From: Minisyncoccota bacterium
Lineage (GTDB): Bacteria > Patescibacteriota > Minisyncoccia > Phycocordibacterales > XYD1-FULL-46-19
DNA length: 59,754 bases
Direction: 5' to 3'
Assembly (NCBI GenBank): GCA_041665625.1
Contig: JBAYIK010000001.1
Location: 134,587-194,340, forward strand
A model generated the notes under the pieces. It had not been told where the DNA came from. It worked only from the letters and a program-made list of their open reading frames with translations, and did no database searches. Both the position numbers and the translations under genes were made by a program. Of the stretch, positions 18,748-28,255 are shown in pieces. The first letter of the stretch is position 1; the number at the start of each line of letters is the position of its first letter.

Positions 18748-19128
18748 ATGCGTATCTCTGGTATTACAATCCCCGATAATAAGCGGTTAGAATATGCCTT
18801 GACGGCTATTTACGGTATTGGCCTAGCCCGTTCCCGTAAAATTTTAGACATTGCCAAAGTTTCTCATGCTAAGAAAGGACCTCAAATTACTCCTGAGGAG
18901 GAGAATCAGATTCGTAAGGCTGTTGAGAGCTTCAAGATTGAGGGTGACCTTAAGCGCGAAGTATCTGGCAACATCAAGCGTTTGAAAGATATCAAGTGTT
19001 ACCGTGGCACCCGTCACTTGAAGGGTTTGCCAAGTCGAGGACAACGCACCAAAACCAATTCTCGCACCCGCCGAGGTAATGTCAGAAAGACCATGGGCTC
19101 GGGCAAGAGAAAGACTGATAAGAAATAA
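18748..19128 (+). CDS. rpsM: 30S ribosomal protein S13
   Basis: MRISGITIPDNKR...YGIG...YRGTRHLKGLPSRGQRTKTN. Confidence 0.95.
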   Translation: MRISGITIPDNKRLEYALTAIYGIGLARSRKILDIAKVSHAKKGPQITPEEENQIRKAVESFKIEGDLKREVSGNIKRLKDIKCYRGTRHLKGLPSRGQRTKTNSRTRRGNVRKTMGSGKRKTDKK

Positions 19129-19150
19129 AATAGCAAAATAATATTGAGTT

Positions 19151-19576
19151 ATGGGAAAGAAAAGAATAATTAAAAAAGGAGGCCAGGATAGCGGTAAAAC
19201 TGCTAGCGGTGCTCGTGTGCCTAAGAAAAAGATTGACCACGGCATCCTAAACATCGAGGCTACTTACAACAACACCAAGGTTTCTTTAGCTGACACCAAG
19301 GGCAATATTTTTGTCTGGTCATCCAGCGGATCTTTGGGTTTTTCTGGTTCCAAGAAAGGAACACCGTTTGCCGCCGGTAAGGTTGGCGATTTGATTGCTG
19401 ATAAGGGAATTACCATGGGTCTTAAGGATGTAGACGTGGTCATCAAGGGTGTCGGAGCTGGACGTGAGTCAGCCATGCGCGCCTTTGCTGCTAAAGGTAT
19501 CAACATTTTATCAATTAAAGACCGGACCCCTGTGCCATTCAATGGCCCTAAGGCTCCTAAGCCCCGCCGAGTATAA
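19151..19576 (+). CDS. rpsK: 30S ribosomal protein S11
   Basis: NNTKVSLADTKGN...SSGSLGFSGSKKGTPFAA...KGVGAGRESA. Confidence 0.95.
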   Translation: MGKKRIIKKGGQDSGKTASGARVPKKKIDHGILNIEATYNNTKVSLADTKGNIFVWSSSGSLGFSGSKKGTPFAAGKVGDLIADKGITMGLKDVDVVIKGVGAGRESAMRAFAAKGINILSIKDRTPVPFNGPKAPKPRRV

Positions 19577-19579
19577 AAT

Positions 19580-20194
19580 ATGAAATTAGGACCAAAATAT
19601 AAAATTTGTCGTCGAGTTGGAGACCGTGTTTTCGGAAAGTGCGAAGGCACCAAATTTACCGTCTCCGGTACTGAGCGCATTCGCCGCGGTGGCAAACACC
19701 CTAAGGGCGCCCCTTCTGAATATGCTTTGCAATTAACCGAGAAGCAGAAAGCTCGTTTTACTTATGGCATGACCGAACGCCAATTTTCAAACTATGTTAA
19801 TGAGGCCAAGAAGAAGTCCGGTAGCAATCCTGGTGTTGAGCTCTACAAGCGCTTGGAGTCTCGTATCGACAACGTTATTTATCGTTTAGGCATGACCAGC
19901 TCCCGCCAAGCTTCCCGCCAAATGGTCTCCCATGGACACATTACTGTTAATGGCAAGAAAATCCGTGTTCCTTCTTACTTAGTTAAGATTGGCGACAAAA
20001 TCGGTATCCGTGAAGGAAGCAAGAATAAGGGACCTTTCACTGGCCTCGCCGAGAAGTTGGCTGGCAAGACTGTTCCTGAATGGATTGGTTTCGATTTGCA
20101 AAAAGCTGAAATCACTATCAAAGGTGAGCCTGTCTTTGGTCAAGCTGAGAGCACTATAAACTACGGAGTCATTCTTGAGTTCTATAGTCGTTAA
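19580..20194 (+). CDS. rpsD: 30S ribosomal protein S4
   Basis: [43 protein letters not shown]. Confidence 0.95.
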   Translation: [204 protein letters not shown]

Positions 20195-20229
20195 AAATAT
20201 AACTTATTATTAATAGCTTTTAAAAAAAT

Positions 20230-21192
20230 ATGCCGGATTTTAATATAATTTTACCTTCCAAGCCCCGCATCGCCAGCGAAAAAGGTTTTTCTGGTGTCTA
20301 CGAGATCGAAGGTCTCTACCCGGGCTATGGTCACACTCTTGGTAATTCGCTTCGTCGAATTATTTTGTCGTCTCTTCCCGGTTTCGCGATTACCTCCCTC
20401 AAGATTGATGGGGTTAATCATGAGTTCTCCACCATTGCTGGTGTTAAGGAGGATGTTATCAACATCATTCTTAATCTTAAGCGCGTCCGCTTCCAGGTCA
20501 TTGGTGATGAGCCACAGACCATCAAGTTGAACGTTAAGGGCCCTAAAGACGTCACTGCCAAGGACTTAAATCTCCCTGGCCAAGTCACTGTCATTAACCC
20601 AGAACAGCCAATTGCCACCATTACCGACAAAGGCACCACGCTCGAGGCCGAGATTGTCTTAGAGAAGGGCCTTGGTTATGTACCCAGCGAAGTTCTTAAA
20701 AAAGATCGTATCGAGGTTGGTAATATCGCTCTTGATGCTGCCTTTACTCCAATTAAGAAGGTTAGCTATGAGGTAGACAACATGCGTGTTGGTAATCGCA
20801 CTGACTTCAACAAATTAATTATCCACATTGAGACCGATGGGACCATTACTCCACGTGAGGCTCTCGAACAGAGCATTAAGATAATGGTTAACCAGCTTAA
20901 AGCCATTGTTGATTTCAAAGAAGAGGATGATCAAGACAAAATGCCATCTATTAAGGACATTAAGAACGAAGCCAATATTTCTGAGGGCGAAGAAGATGCC
21001 CTAAAAACCAAGATTGAAGACCTTGGTCTATCCGTCAGAACCCAAAAAGCTCTTACTAACGCCAGTGTCCGCACTATCGGTGGCCTCTCTAGGAAGAAAG
21101 AAGCCGATGTTAAGGAAATTGAAGGATTAGGCGATAAGGGTTTACAAGAAATCAAAAAAGTGTTAGAAGATTATGGTCTAAGCCTTAAATAA
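20230..21192 (+). CDS. rpoA: DNA-directed RNA polymerase alpha subunit
   Basis: GYGHTLGNSLRRILLSS, C-terminal domain DLGLSVRTQKALTNASVRTIGGL. Confidence 0.95.
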   Translation: MPDFNIILPSKPRIASEKGFSGVYEIEGLYPGYGHTLGNSLRRIILSSLPGFAITSLKIDGVNHEFSTIAGVKEDVINIILNLKRVRFQVIGDEPQTIKLNVKGPKDVTAKDLNLPGQVTVINPEQPIATITDKGTTLEAEIVLEKGLGYVPSEVLKKDRIEVGNIALDAAFTPIKKVSYEVDNMRVGNRTDFNKLIIHIETDGTITPREALEQSIKIMVNQLKAIVDFKEEDDQDKMPSIKDIKNEANISEGEEDALKTKIEDLGLSVRTQKALTNASVRTIGGLSRKKEADVKEIEGLGDKGLQEIKKVLEDYGLSLK

Positions 21193-21198
21193 AACAAT

Positions 21199-21552
21199 AT
21201 GCAACACCAAGCCAAAGGCCGAAAATTTAGTCGAGTTAAGAAAGTCAGAGTCGCTCTTTTGCGTTCTTTGGCCAGCAGTTTGATATTGCGCGAGAAAATG
21301 ACTACGACTGAACCTAAGGCTAAAGAAATCCGCCCCTATGTTGAAAAGCTTGTTACTAAAGCAAAGAAAGACACTCTGGCTAATCGTCGCTTGGTGATTG
21401 AAGAAATTGGTCAAGACAAGAAAGTTATCGCTAAACTATTCGGCGAACTCGGACCTCGTTTTAACGAACGACGTGGTGGTTATACCCGAATTATGAAACT
21501 TGGTCGTCGCATTAGTGATGGTAGTCCAATGGCTATAATCGAATTTGTATAA
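21199..21552 (+). CDS. rplQ: 50S ribosomal protein L17
   Basis: GRKFSRVKKVR...RGGYTRIMKLGRRISDGSPMAIIEFV. Confidence 0.95.
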   Translation: MQHQAKGRKFSRVKKVRVALLRSLASSLILREKMTTTEPKAKEIRPYVEKLVTKAKKDTLANRRLVIEEIGQDKKVIAKLFGELGPRFNERRGGYTRIMKLGRRISDGSPMAIIEFV

Positions 21553-21556
21553 TTAT

Positions 21557-21922
21557 ATGGAAAAGCAAACTGTAAAAAAAGAATACGTCATTGATGCTGC
21601 TGGGCGAGCTCTAGGCCGCGTTGCCAGTGAAGCCGCTAAGGTTTTGCGTGGTAAGGATTCTGTTGAATTCGTCAACAATATTGCCCCTAAGGTTACAGTC
21701 AAGATCATTAATGCTAGCCGTATCGACGCCACCCAGAAGAAACTTAAAGAGAAGATCTATACTCATTATACCGGCCACCCAGGTGGTTTGCGTGAGACGA
21801 GTCTTGGCCGTATGATTGAGAAGAAGGGTTGGGATGAGCCAGTCAGAAAGGCTGTTTATGGGATGTTACCTTCCAATCGTTTGCGCGCTGTTATGATGAA
21901 GAATTTAATAATCACCGAATAA
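21557..21922 (+). CDS. rplM: 50S ribosomal protein L13
   Basis: YVIDAAGRALGRVASEAAKVLRGK...YTHYTGHPGGL; ATG 21557 preferred over 21545. Confidence 0.9.
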   Translation: MEKQTVKKEYVIDAAGRALGRVASEAAKVLRGKDSVEFVNNIAPKVTVKIINASRIDATQKKLKEKIYTHYTGHPGGLRETSLGRMIEKKGWDEPVRKAVYGMLPSNRLRAVMMKNLIITE

Positions 21923-21923
21923 T

Positions 21924-22337
21924 ATGGCAACTACTACCACAAGCAAAGAAAGATATGTCGAGGGTGTTGGCCGTCGCAAGACCGCCACGGCTCGTGTCCG
22001 TTTAACCAAGGCTGGTAAAGACAGTGTTGTTGTTAATGACAAAACCTTAGACGCTTATTTCCCAACTGTCGAGATGCGTGAGCGTGTTAAGAAAGCCCTC
22101 GCTAAAGTTGGCGAACACGGTGCCTTTGCTATCAGTGTTAAGATCGCTGGTGGGGGAATTAGCGCCCATGCCGATGCCATGATTATGGGTCTCGGTCGCT
22201 CCATCATTAAGATCAAACCAGAAATCAAACCTGAGATTAAGAAAGAAAAGATGTTGACCCGCGATGCCCGCGAGAAAGAGCGCCGCAAGTTCGGCCTCAA
22301 GAAAGCCCGCAAGAGCCCTCAATGGTCCAAACGTTAA
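21924..22337 (+). CDS. rpsI: 30S ribosomal protein S9
   Basis: GVGRRKTATARVRL...GGGISAHADA...LTRDAREKERRKFGLKKARKSPQWSKR. Confidence 0.95.
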   Translation: MATTTTSKERYVEGVGRRKTATARVRLTKAGKDSVVVNDKTLDAYFPTVEMRERVKKALAKVGEHGAFAISVKIAGGGISAHADAMIMGLGRSIIKIKPEIKPEIKKEKMLTRDAREKERRKFGLKKARKSPQWSKR

Positions 22338-22354
22338 ATCTATATTATACCCGC

Positions 22355-22384
22355 AAAACCCCAGATCTTGTCTGGGGTTTTGTT
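22355..22384 (+). terminator. intrinsic terminator after the ribosomal protein cluster
   Basis: AAAACCCCAGA / TCTGGGGTTTT hairpin with T-run. Confidence 0.75.
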
Positions 22385-22400
22385 TGCCTCAATCTCGCCG

Positions 22401-22453
22401 CACTTATCCCCAGTTTTACATAGTTTACGAAGTTGGACTTCGCAAAATAAGGG
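22401..22453 (-). repeat. REP-like hairpin repeat, copy 2 (inverted, left of transposase)
   Basis: Reverse complement reads CCCTTATTTTGCGAAGTCCAACTTCGTAAACTATGTAAAACTGGGGATAAGTG. Confidence 0.85.
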
Positions 22454-22476
22454 TTTTATGATAAAGTGACGTGAAT

Positions 22477-23142
22477 ATGAGGGAAAAGCCTACCGAAGAT
22501 TACATTTATCATGTCTATAATCGCGGAGTAGACAAACGTGATATTTTTAACAATGATAGCGACAGGCGTCGTTTCTTAGCTTGTCTCCATTGTTTTAATG
22601 ACACTAATCAAGCAAGAAACACTGACTATGAAGAGTCTATAAAAAATGATGGCCGAGAAAAACTGGTAGAGATCCTCGCTTTTGTTTTAATGCCTAATCA
22701 CTATCATCTACTTGTTAAACCACTAGTAGAAAACGGGGTCTCAGAATTTATGAGAAAGATAGGAACTGGATATACTCATTATTTTAATATCCAGAACGAG
22801 AGGTCAGGAACTTTATTTCAAGGTAAATATAAATTCGTCAGAATTGAAGATGATGAGCAACTGAATTACATTCCTTTTTATATCCACTTTAACCCAGCTG
22901 AGCTCGTTGAAGAAAAATGGAAAGATAAAGAAATAAGGGACAAAAAAAGACTTTTAGATTTCTTAAAATCTTACGAATGGTCAAGTCTCCCTGTCTATCT
23001 GGGAAAATCTCGTTTCTCAAACATTGTCGATAAAAACATTCTCGATGACTACCTAGGAACCCCTGGGGAGTTGGAAAAGGAGGTAGAAGAGTGGATAGAA
23101 GAAATCGATTCACAAAACTATACAAATTTGTGGATAGAGTAG
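22477..23142 (+). CDS. IS200-like / REP-associated tyrosine transposase (RAYT-type, COG1943-like)
   Basis: YHVYNRGVDKRDIF, HUH motif LMPNHYHLLV, GYTHYFN...GTLFQGKYK. Confidence 0.75.
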   Translation: MREKPTEDYIYHVYNRGVDKRDIFNNDSDRRRFLACLHCFNDTNQARNTDYEESIKNDGREKLVEILAFVLMPNHYHLLVKPLVENGVSEFMRKIGTGYTHYFNIQNERSGTLFQGKYKFVRIEDDEQLNYIPFYIHFNPAELVEEKWKDKEIRDKKRLLDFLKSYEWSSLPVYLGKSRFSNIVDKNILDDYLGTPGELEKEVEEWIEEIDSQNYTNLWIE

Positions 23143-23150
23143 CCAAAATA

Positions 23151-23180
23151 CCCTTATTTTGCGAAGTCCAACTTCGTAAA
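23151..23180 (+). repeat. REP-like hairpin repeat, copy 3 (right of transposase)
   Basis: CCCTTATTTTGCGAAGTCCAACTTCGTAAA, identical to the reverse complement of 22424-22453. Confidence 0.85.
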
Positions 23181-23264
23181 TGTTGATTAAAATAGAAATT
23201 TTGATAGAATTAAGGTCAAGATAGTTAAGAATAAGGGTAAATTAACTAAAATAGCTTGTAAAAT

Positions 23265-23834
23265 ATGACTAAAAATAACGATAAAAACGAAGAGGACTTT
23301 GAGTTCGTGGAGAATACCGAGGACCGAGCCCCAGAGGCGGCCGAGATGGGCGGGAAGCTAAAGAAAGTTAAGGAGGAGCTTAAAGCCTGTCAGGCCGAGC
23401 GCTCTGAGTACCTTGATGGCTGGCAACGATCTAAGGCAGACTACCTGAATCTTAAAAAAGAAGGGGAGGTCGGAAGAAGTGAACTGGCTAAGTGGGCAAA
23501 AGAGGGAGTGCTCGCGGATCTCTTTGTTCTCGCTGACAGCTTCGAGATGGCCTTCAACAACAAAGAGGCTTGGGAACAGGCACCGGAGAATTGGAGGAAG
23601 GGAGTGGAGTACATTTATAACCAATTAGAAAACATCTTCCGTGATCATGGTGTTGAGGAGATAAATCCAAAAGTTGGTGACAAATTCAATCACGCCGATC
23701 AAGAACCTATCGCCACAGTAGAGACAAAAAATGAAAAAGAAGATGACGAGATTGTTGAAGTAATTAAAAAAGGTTACAAGTTACATGGCAAAATTGCCAG
23801 ACCAGCGAGTGTAAAGGTAAAGCATTTTAGTTAA
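23265..23834 (+). CDS. grpE: nucleotide exchange factor GrpE
   Basis: Coiled-coil N-terminus, DSFEMAF, C-terminal KGYKLHGKIARPASVKV; precedes dnaK. Confidence 0.9.
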   Translation: MTKNNDKNEEDFEFVENTEDRAPEAAEMGGKLKKVKEELKACQAERSEYLDGWQRSKADYLNLKKEGEVGRSELAKWAKEGVLADLFVLADSFEMAFNNKEAWEQAPENWRKGVEYIYNQLENIFRDHGVEEINPKVGDKFNHADQEPIATVETKNEKEDDEIVEVIKKGYKLHGKIARPASVKVKHFS

Positions 23835-23877
23835 AAAATTATTATAAAAACATTACAAGAAATAACGAAAAAATATT

Positions 23878-25791
23878 ATGGCAAAAATTTTAGGAATTGA
23901 TTTAGGGACAACTAACTCGGCAATGGCGGTCGTGGAAGGCGGTTCGCCACGAATCGTCGAGAACGTGGAGGGTATGCGCACCACCCCATCTATCGTGGCC
24001 GTTTCTAAAGCCGGCGAGCGATTGGTGGGGCAATTGGCCAAGCGCCAAGCCATCACTAACCCTAAGAACACTATCTTTGGGGTAAAGCGCTTGATGGGTC
24101 ATAAATTCAACGATCCCAATATCCAGAAAGACAAAGGGCTCGTCTCTTTCACTATGGAGCAATCAAGTGACGGTGGCGTGCAAGTCAAACTTGGCGACAA
24201 ATCCATGCGACCAGAAGAAGTCTCCGCTCAGATTCTCCAGAAATTAAAGCATGATGCCGAAGCTAAGCTTGGCGAGACCATTGAAGAAGCCGTTATTACT
24301 GTACCGGCCTACTTCGATGACTCACAACGTAAGGCCACTAAAGATGCTGGTGAGATTGCTGGCTTCAAAGTGCGTCGCATCATCAACGAGCCAACTGCCG
24401 CCGCTCTCGCTTATGGTCTTGATAAGAAGAAAGATGAGAAAGTTGTGGTCTACGACTTCGGAGGTGGAACCTTCGACGTCTCTGTTCTCGAGATTATCGG
24501 TGGCGAAGAAGAGCAAAGCATCTCCGTTAAGTCTACTGATGGCGACTCCCACATGGGCGGTGAAGATATTGATCAGAAAATTATCGAGTGGATCGGCGGC
24601 GAATTTAAAAAACAAAATGGTATTGATATCACCAAGGATGAGCTCGCTCTTCAACGCTTGAAGGAAGCGGCGGAGAAAGCCAAGCATGAGCTCTCAACCA
24701 TGAATCAGACCGAGATTAATATCCCGTTCATTACCTCTGATGCCAATGGACCCGTCCACCTCAACATGAGCATGACCCGCGCGACCTTAGAGGACCTCTC
24801 CCGTGAGTTTGTCGACAAGTCTATCGAGATTACCAAGCGCGCTATGGCCGCCTCAGGCTTCGCTATGAGCGATATCAACGAGATTATTATGGTTGGTGGC
24901 CAGACCCGTATGCCGGCCATCCAGGAGGCCGTGAAGGCCCTCTTCGGCAAGGAGCCGAACCGTTCAATTAACCCTGACGAGGTGGTCGCCATTGGTGCCG
25001 CTATCCAAGGGGGTATCTTTGCTGGTGACGTGAAGGATGTCCTCCTCTTGGATGTTACTCCGCTCTCACTCGGTATCGAGACCATGGGCGGGATTGCCAC
25101 CAAGATTATTGAGCGCAATACCACTATCCCAACTTCGCGTTCTCAAGTTTTCTCAACTGCGGCCGACAATCAGCCATCAGTCGAGATTCATATTGTTCAA
25201 GGTGAACGAGAATTAGTGTCTGATAACAAAACTCTCGGTCGCTTTATATTAGACGGTATCCCACCAGCTCCACGTGGTATGCCCCAAGTAGAAGTCACCT
25301 TTGATCTTGATGCTAACGGAATTCTATCGGTGAAGGCTAAAGAGAAAACAACCAACAAAGAACAATCAATTCGTATTGAGGCCAAGACAAGTCTCTCGAA
25401 AGAAGATATTGAAAGAATGAAAAAAGATGCCGAACTTCATGCCGAAGAAGATAAAAAGAAGAGGGAAATCATTGAGACTCGCAATATGGCTGATCAATTA
25501 ATTTATCAGGCTGAGAAAGCAATTAAAGATGCCGAAGGGAAAATTGGTGAAGATATTAAGAGGGGAGTTGAAGACAAAATTACGGCTCTGAAGGGTGTGA
25601 AGGATGGCGAGAATCTCGCGGCGATCAAAACCGCCACCGAAGCTCTCTCCGTCGAGATGTCCAAAATTGGCGAAGCAATGATGAAAGCTCAACAAGAAAA
25701 TCCCGCTCCCGCCGAAGGCGCTGCTCCAGCAGAAGAAAAACCTTCTGGCGATTCTACCGAAGGCAACGTCCGAGACGCAGAAACGAAATAA
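23878..25791 (+). CDS. dnaK: molecular chaperone DnaK (Hsp70)
   Basis: [31 protein letters not shown]. Confidence 0.97.
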   Translation: MAKILGIDLGTTNSAMAVVEGGSPRIVENVEGMRTTPSIVAVSKAGERLVGQLAKRQAITNPKNTIFGVKRLMGHKFNDPNIQKDKGLVSFTMEQSSDGGVQVKLGDKSMRPEEVSAQILQKLKHDAEAKLGETIEEAVITVPAYFDDSQRKATKDAGEIAGFKVRRIINEPTAAALAYGLDKKKDEKVVVYDFGGGTFDVSVLEIIGGEEEQSISVKSTDGDSHMGGEDIDQKIIEWIGGEFKKQNGIDITKDELALQRLKEAAEKAKHELSTMNQTEINIPFITSDANGPVHLNMSMTRATLEDLSREFVDKSIEITKRAMAASGFAMSDINEIIMVGGQTRMPAIQEAVKALFGKEPNRSINPDEVVAIGAAIQGGIFAGDVKDVLLLDVTPLSLGIETMGGIATKIIERNTTIPTSRSQVFSTAADNQPSVEIHIVQGERELVSDNKTLGRFILDGIPPAPRGMPQVEVTFDLDANGILSVKAKEKTTNKEQSIRIEAKTSLSKEDIERMKKDAELHAEEDKKKREIIETRNMADQLIYQAEKAIKDAEGKIGEDIKRGVEDKITALKGVKDGENLAAIKTATEALSVEMSKIGEAMMKAQQENPAPAEGAAPAEEKPSGDSTEGNVRDAETK

Positions 25792-25798
25792 TAGCTTT

Positions 25799-25834
25799 CG
25801 AGATTGGATCTCGCGTAGCCAGATCCAACCTCGG
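25799..25834 (-). repeat. GC-rich hairpin repeat (family 2), intergenic copy
   Basis: Reverse complement CCGAGGTTGGATCTGGCTACGCGAGATCCAATCTCG matches 31078-31113 inside pyrD at 33 of 35 positions. Confidence 0.8.
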
Positions 25835-25849
25835 GAACCTACCCCAAAC

Positions 25850-25890
25850 AAAAACCAGCCGTTGGTGCGCATGCGCACCAACGGCTGTGG
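25850..25890 (-). terminator. intrinsic terminator (T-run on minus strand)
   Basis: 15-bp stem CAGCCGTTGGTGCGC / GCGCACCAACGGCTG; A-run on + side gives the U-tract for minus gene 25913-26581. Confidence 0.75.
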
Positions 25891-25912
25891 TTGTAACTGA
25901 GAAGGGAATTGA

Positions 25913-26581
25913 TCACGAACCGAAAGCTGTATCCCGAATCTTCCTCCCGACACGAGAGCCGAGACAAGCCGCTGTTCTCAGAGACAATGAGTTGTCATTG
26001 TGGTTAAGAAGGAACAAGTAGACACGACGGTAGAACTCCTGCGTCTGTGCGAAGCGATTGCCAAGAGGGCTTTCAACTTCGTGTTTAGTGATCAGAGTGG
26101 CTAAACATTTCGCGAAATCATCGGGCGAAGCCTCAACATGGGTAGCCCAGATTGCTTCTGGAAAGTGCGCAGGAAAGTAAAGGAAGCAACCAGTACTGAT
26201 TCCAACGCGCTCCAAGGTCTCAATGGCTTGGTCAAGCTCATCCTGTCCCGCAGCCACCCTCATTGCGTCGATAATCTCGATGGCTCTGGCATGCTCGGCC
26301 AGTTCGCGCGCTTCCTCCTCCCGACGTCCATTCTTGCCACTAATGTACCAGTAAATGGGGAGGGTCATAAAGTAGAGAACGAGCAACTCTGTGGCAGAGA
26401 ACAGGGCAACCCACAGCGTAGTCGGTAGACTCGTGATCCCGAAGAAATAGATAAATGGGACAAAAGCAACTCCAACAAAAGCCAGGATTGCTTCTCCGCG
26501 AACAAAAAACTTCTTCGCGGCGGGGTCAAGTGCATTCCAAAACCCCTTCAACTCATTCGCCAATTCTTTCGCGTTCATCAT
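25913..26581 (-). CDS. hypothetical membrane protein (GC-rich cassette between dnaK and dnaJ)
   Basis: ATGATG at 26581-26576 preceded by AAGGAA; two hydrophobic helices; more GC-rich than flanking chaperone genes. Confidence 0.55.
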   Translation of the reverse strand: MMNAKELANELKGFWNALDPAAKKFFVRGEAILAFVGVAFVPFIYFFGITSLPTTLWVALFSATELLVLYFMTLPIYWYISGKNGRREEEARELAEHARAIEIIDAMRVAAGQDELDQAIETLERVGISTGCFLYFPAHFPEAIWATHVEASPDDFAKCLATLITKHEVESPLGNRFAQTQEFYRRVYLFLLNHNDNSLSLRTAACLGSRVGRKIRDTAFGS

Positions 26582-26759
26582 GACAAGGTTCCTTTTCTGC
26601 ATCCGCGGGGGATGCTCAGGGCCGATTTCTACGCAGGGTAGACAAGAGGGGGTTGCCCTAATCAGCTGATTTTCAAGGTTGTTGGTCTTACTACATTTCA
26701 GCCCAACAACATCCAATCTAATTACTACCACGGAAACGGTCTTGTGTAAATATCAAATC

Positions 26760-26787
26760 TTGCCTCAACCCAAAAACGTAGTATAAT
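26760..26787 (+). promoter_or_regulatory. putative promoter of dnaJ
   Basis: TTGCCT (26760-26765), 16-nt spacer, TATAAT (26782-26787); ATG 10 nt downstream. Confidence 0.5.
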
Positions 26788-26797
26788 AAAGCCCTAT

Positions 26798-27883
26798 ATG
26801 GCCAAGGATTATTACAAAACTCTAGGTGTGGAGAAGGGGGCCTCGAAGGAGGAACTCAAAAAAGCCTTCCATAAACTCGCCCACAAACATCATCCTGACA
26901 AGCAGGGTGGCGATGAAGCGAAGTTCAAAGAAATTAACGAGGCTTATCAAATTCTCTCTGACGACAACAAGCGCGCACAATACGATCAATTTGGCGAAGC
27001 GGGAACTAATGGTGGATTCGGTGGAGGACAACCAGGCGGCGGCTTTGGTGGATTCGATTTCTCGGGCTTCCAAAACGCTCAAGGCGGACAAGGTTTCGAA
27101 TTTGATCTCGGCGATATCTTCGGCGAGATGTTTGGCGGTGGGGGACGCAGTCAGGTACGACGTGGACGAGACATCTCTGTCGATATTCAGATTAGTTTCA
27201 AAGAAGCCGTCTTCGGTGTGGAGCGCAATATTTTAATCAATAAGATTAGCGAGTGCGATACTTGCCGTGGCTCTGGCGCTGAGGCTGGTTCACAAATGAA
27301 GAAGTGTGCCACTTGTAGTGGTAAAGGAAAAGTTAATGAGACCCGTCGCTCTATCTTTGGGACCTTCCAATCAGCCCGAGAATGTCCAGATTGTTTAGGT
27401 CGCGGTGAAGTGCCAGATAAGAAGTGTAAAACTTGCCGTGGTGAAGGAGTTCTTAACAAACAAGTGAACATCAAAGTTCAGGTCCCAGCAGGAATGGATG
27501 CTGGCGAGATGATTCGTCTCACCGGACAAGGCGAAGCGGTTGCCGGAGGACAAGCTGGCGACTTATATGTGAAGGTTCATATTGAAAAAGATAATACTTG
27601 GAAGCGTGTTGGCCATGACCTCACAACTGAGATTAAGATCAAATTAACCGACGCTCTCTTAGGCACAGATTATAAACTTGAGACTTTAGATGGTCCGCTT
27701 ACTCTCAAGGTGCCAGCCGGCTTAACCTATGGCGAAATTTTGCGTGTAAAGGCTAAGGGTGTACCCGTCCGTGGCACCGGACGCCGTGGTGACCTCCTCA
27801 TCCGCGTCACTTTCTCCACCCCGGCCAAACTTTCTAAAACGGCTCGCAAAGCCATCGAAGACCTGCAATCTGAAGGGCTCTAG
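26798..27883 (+). CDS. dnaJ: molecular chaperone DnaJ
   Basis: J-domain HPD (KHHPDK), G/F-rich linker, four CxxCxGxG zinc-finger repeats. Confidence 0.95.
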   Translation: MAKDYYKTLGVEKGASKEELKKAFHKLAHKHHPDKQGGDEAKFKEINEAYQILSDDNKRAQYDQFGEAGTNGGFGGGQPGGGFGGFDFSGFQNAQGGQGFEFDLGDIFGEMFGGGGRSQVRRGRDISVDIQISFKEAVFGVERNILINKISECDTCRGSGAEAGSQMKKCATCSGKGKVNETRRSIFGTFQSARECPDCLGRGEVPDKKCKTCRGEGVLNKQVNIKVQVPAGMDAGEMIRLTGQGEAVAGGQAGDLYVKVHIEKDNTWKRVGHDLTTEIKIKLTDALLGTDYKLETLDGPLTLKVPAGLTYGEILRVKAKGVPVRGTGRRGDLLIRVTFSTPAKLSKTARKAIEDLQSEGL

Positions 27884-27951
27884 GCAAAAACGTCTAGAAG
27901 TTGTAGGATTAAGGCAGACAGCAACTTCAACCCACCATGGAGGAACGTGTC

Positions 27952-28179
27952 ATGCAACAGGATTATCGTTGCGACCGATGGCTCCACGGGATTGGAGTCT
28001 TCCTGGTTTTTGCAAGTTTTGCCTTCTTGGCCTTAGCCATAGCTAAGGAAAGTCTCGTGGCTTTCGTTTTCTTTATCTTCTTTCTAATTGTCGGCTTAGC
28101 CTGGAGCTATGAGCCCGGCAAGATAGAAGAAAAGCTTCGGCGGCTACGAGACTGGCGAGAAAAAACTAATCGTGAATAA
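27952..28179 (+). CDS. small membrane protein (GC-rich cassette)
   Basis: GGAGG (27939-27943) 8 nt before ATG 27952; two hydrophobic helices; terminator follows; track start 27937 also possible. Confidence 0.45.
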   Translation: MQQDYRCDRWLHGIGVFLVFASFAFLALAIAKESLVAFVFFIFFLIVGLAWSYEPGKIEEKLRRLRDWREKTNRE

Positions 28180-28212
28180 CCCACCACGCTCCGCGCGGTG
28201 GGTTTCCTCTTT
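28179..28212 (+). terminator. intrinsic terminator
   Basis: ACCCACC...GGTGGGT hairpin followed by a T-rich tract. Confidence 0.6.
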
Positions 28213-28255
28213 GCATTATTTTTAAAGAGTGGTATAGTAAAAATAATATAAATCT

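Larger units (their letters stand above)
22401..23180 (+). mobile_element. REP-RAYT unit: IS200/IS605-like HUH-Y1 transposase bracketed by inverted REP copies
   Basis: 30-bp core in opposite orientations at 22424-22453 and 23151-23180, flanking CDS 22477-23142. Confidence 0.7.

Noticed and set aside
22207-22236. Tandem KPEI-KPEI coding repeat in rpsI
   Set aside because: It is a two-unit low-complexity duplication in a variable linker of S9 and has no further structure.
23143-23264. CIRCE/HrcA operator upstream of grpE-dnaK
   Set aside because: No TTAGCACTC-N9-GAGTGCTAA-like inverted repeat is present. The spacer holds only the REP copy and AT-rich sequence.
24251-25124. ORFs of 121-139 aa on both strands inside dnaK (24251-24661 +, 24322-24687 -, 24705-25124 -)
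   Set aside because: They are shadow frames of a highly conserved gene and have no motifs. The same applies to 1053-1385, 13656-14108, 19264-19695, 21178-21414, 22047-22322 and similar track entries.
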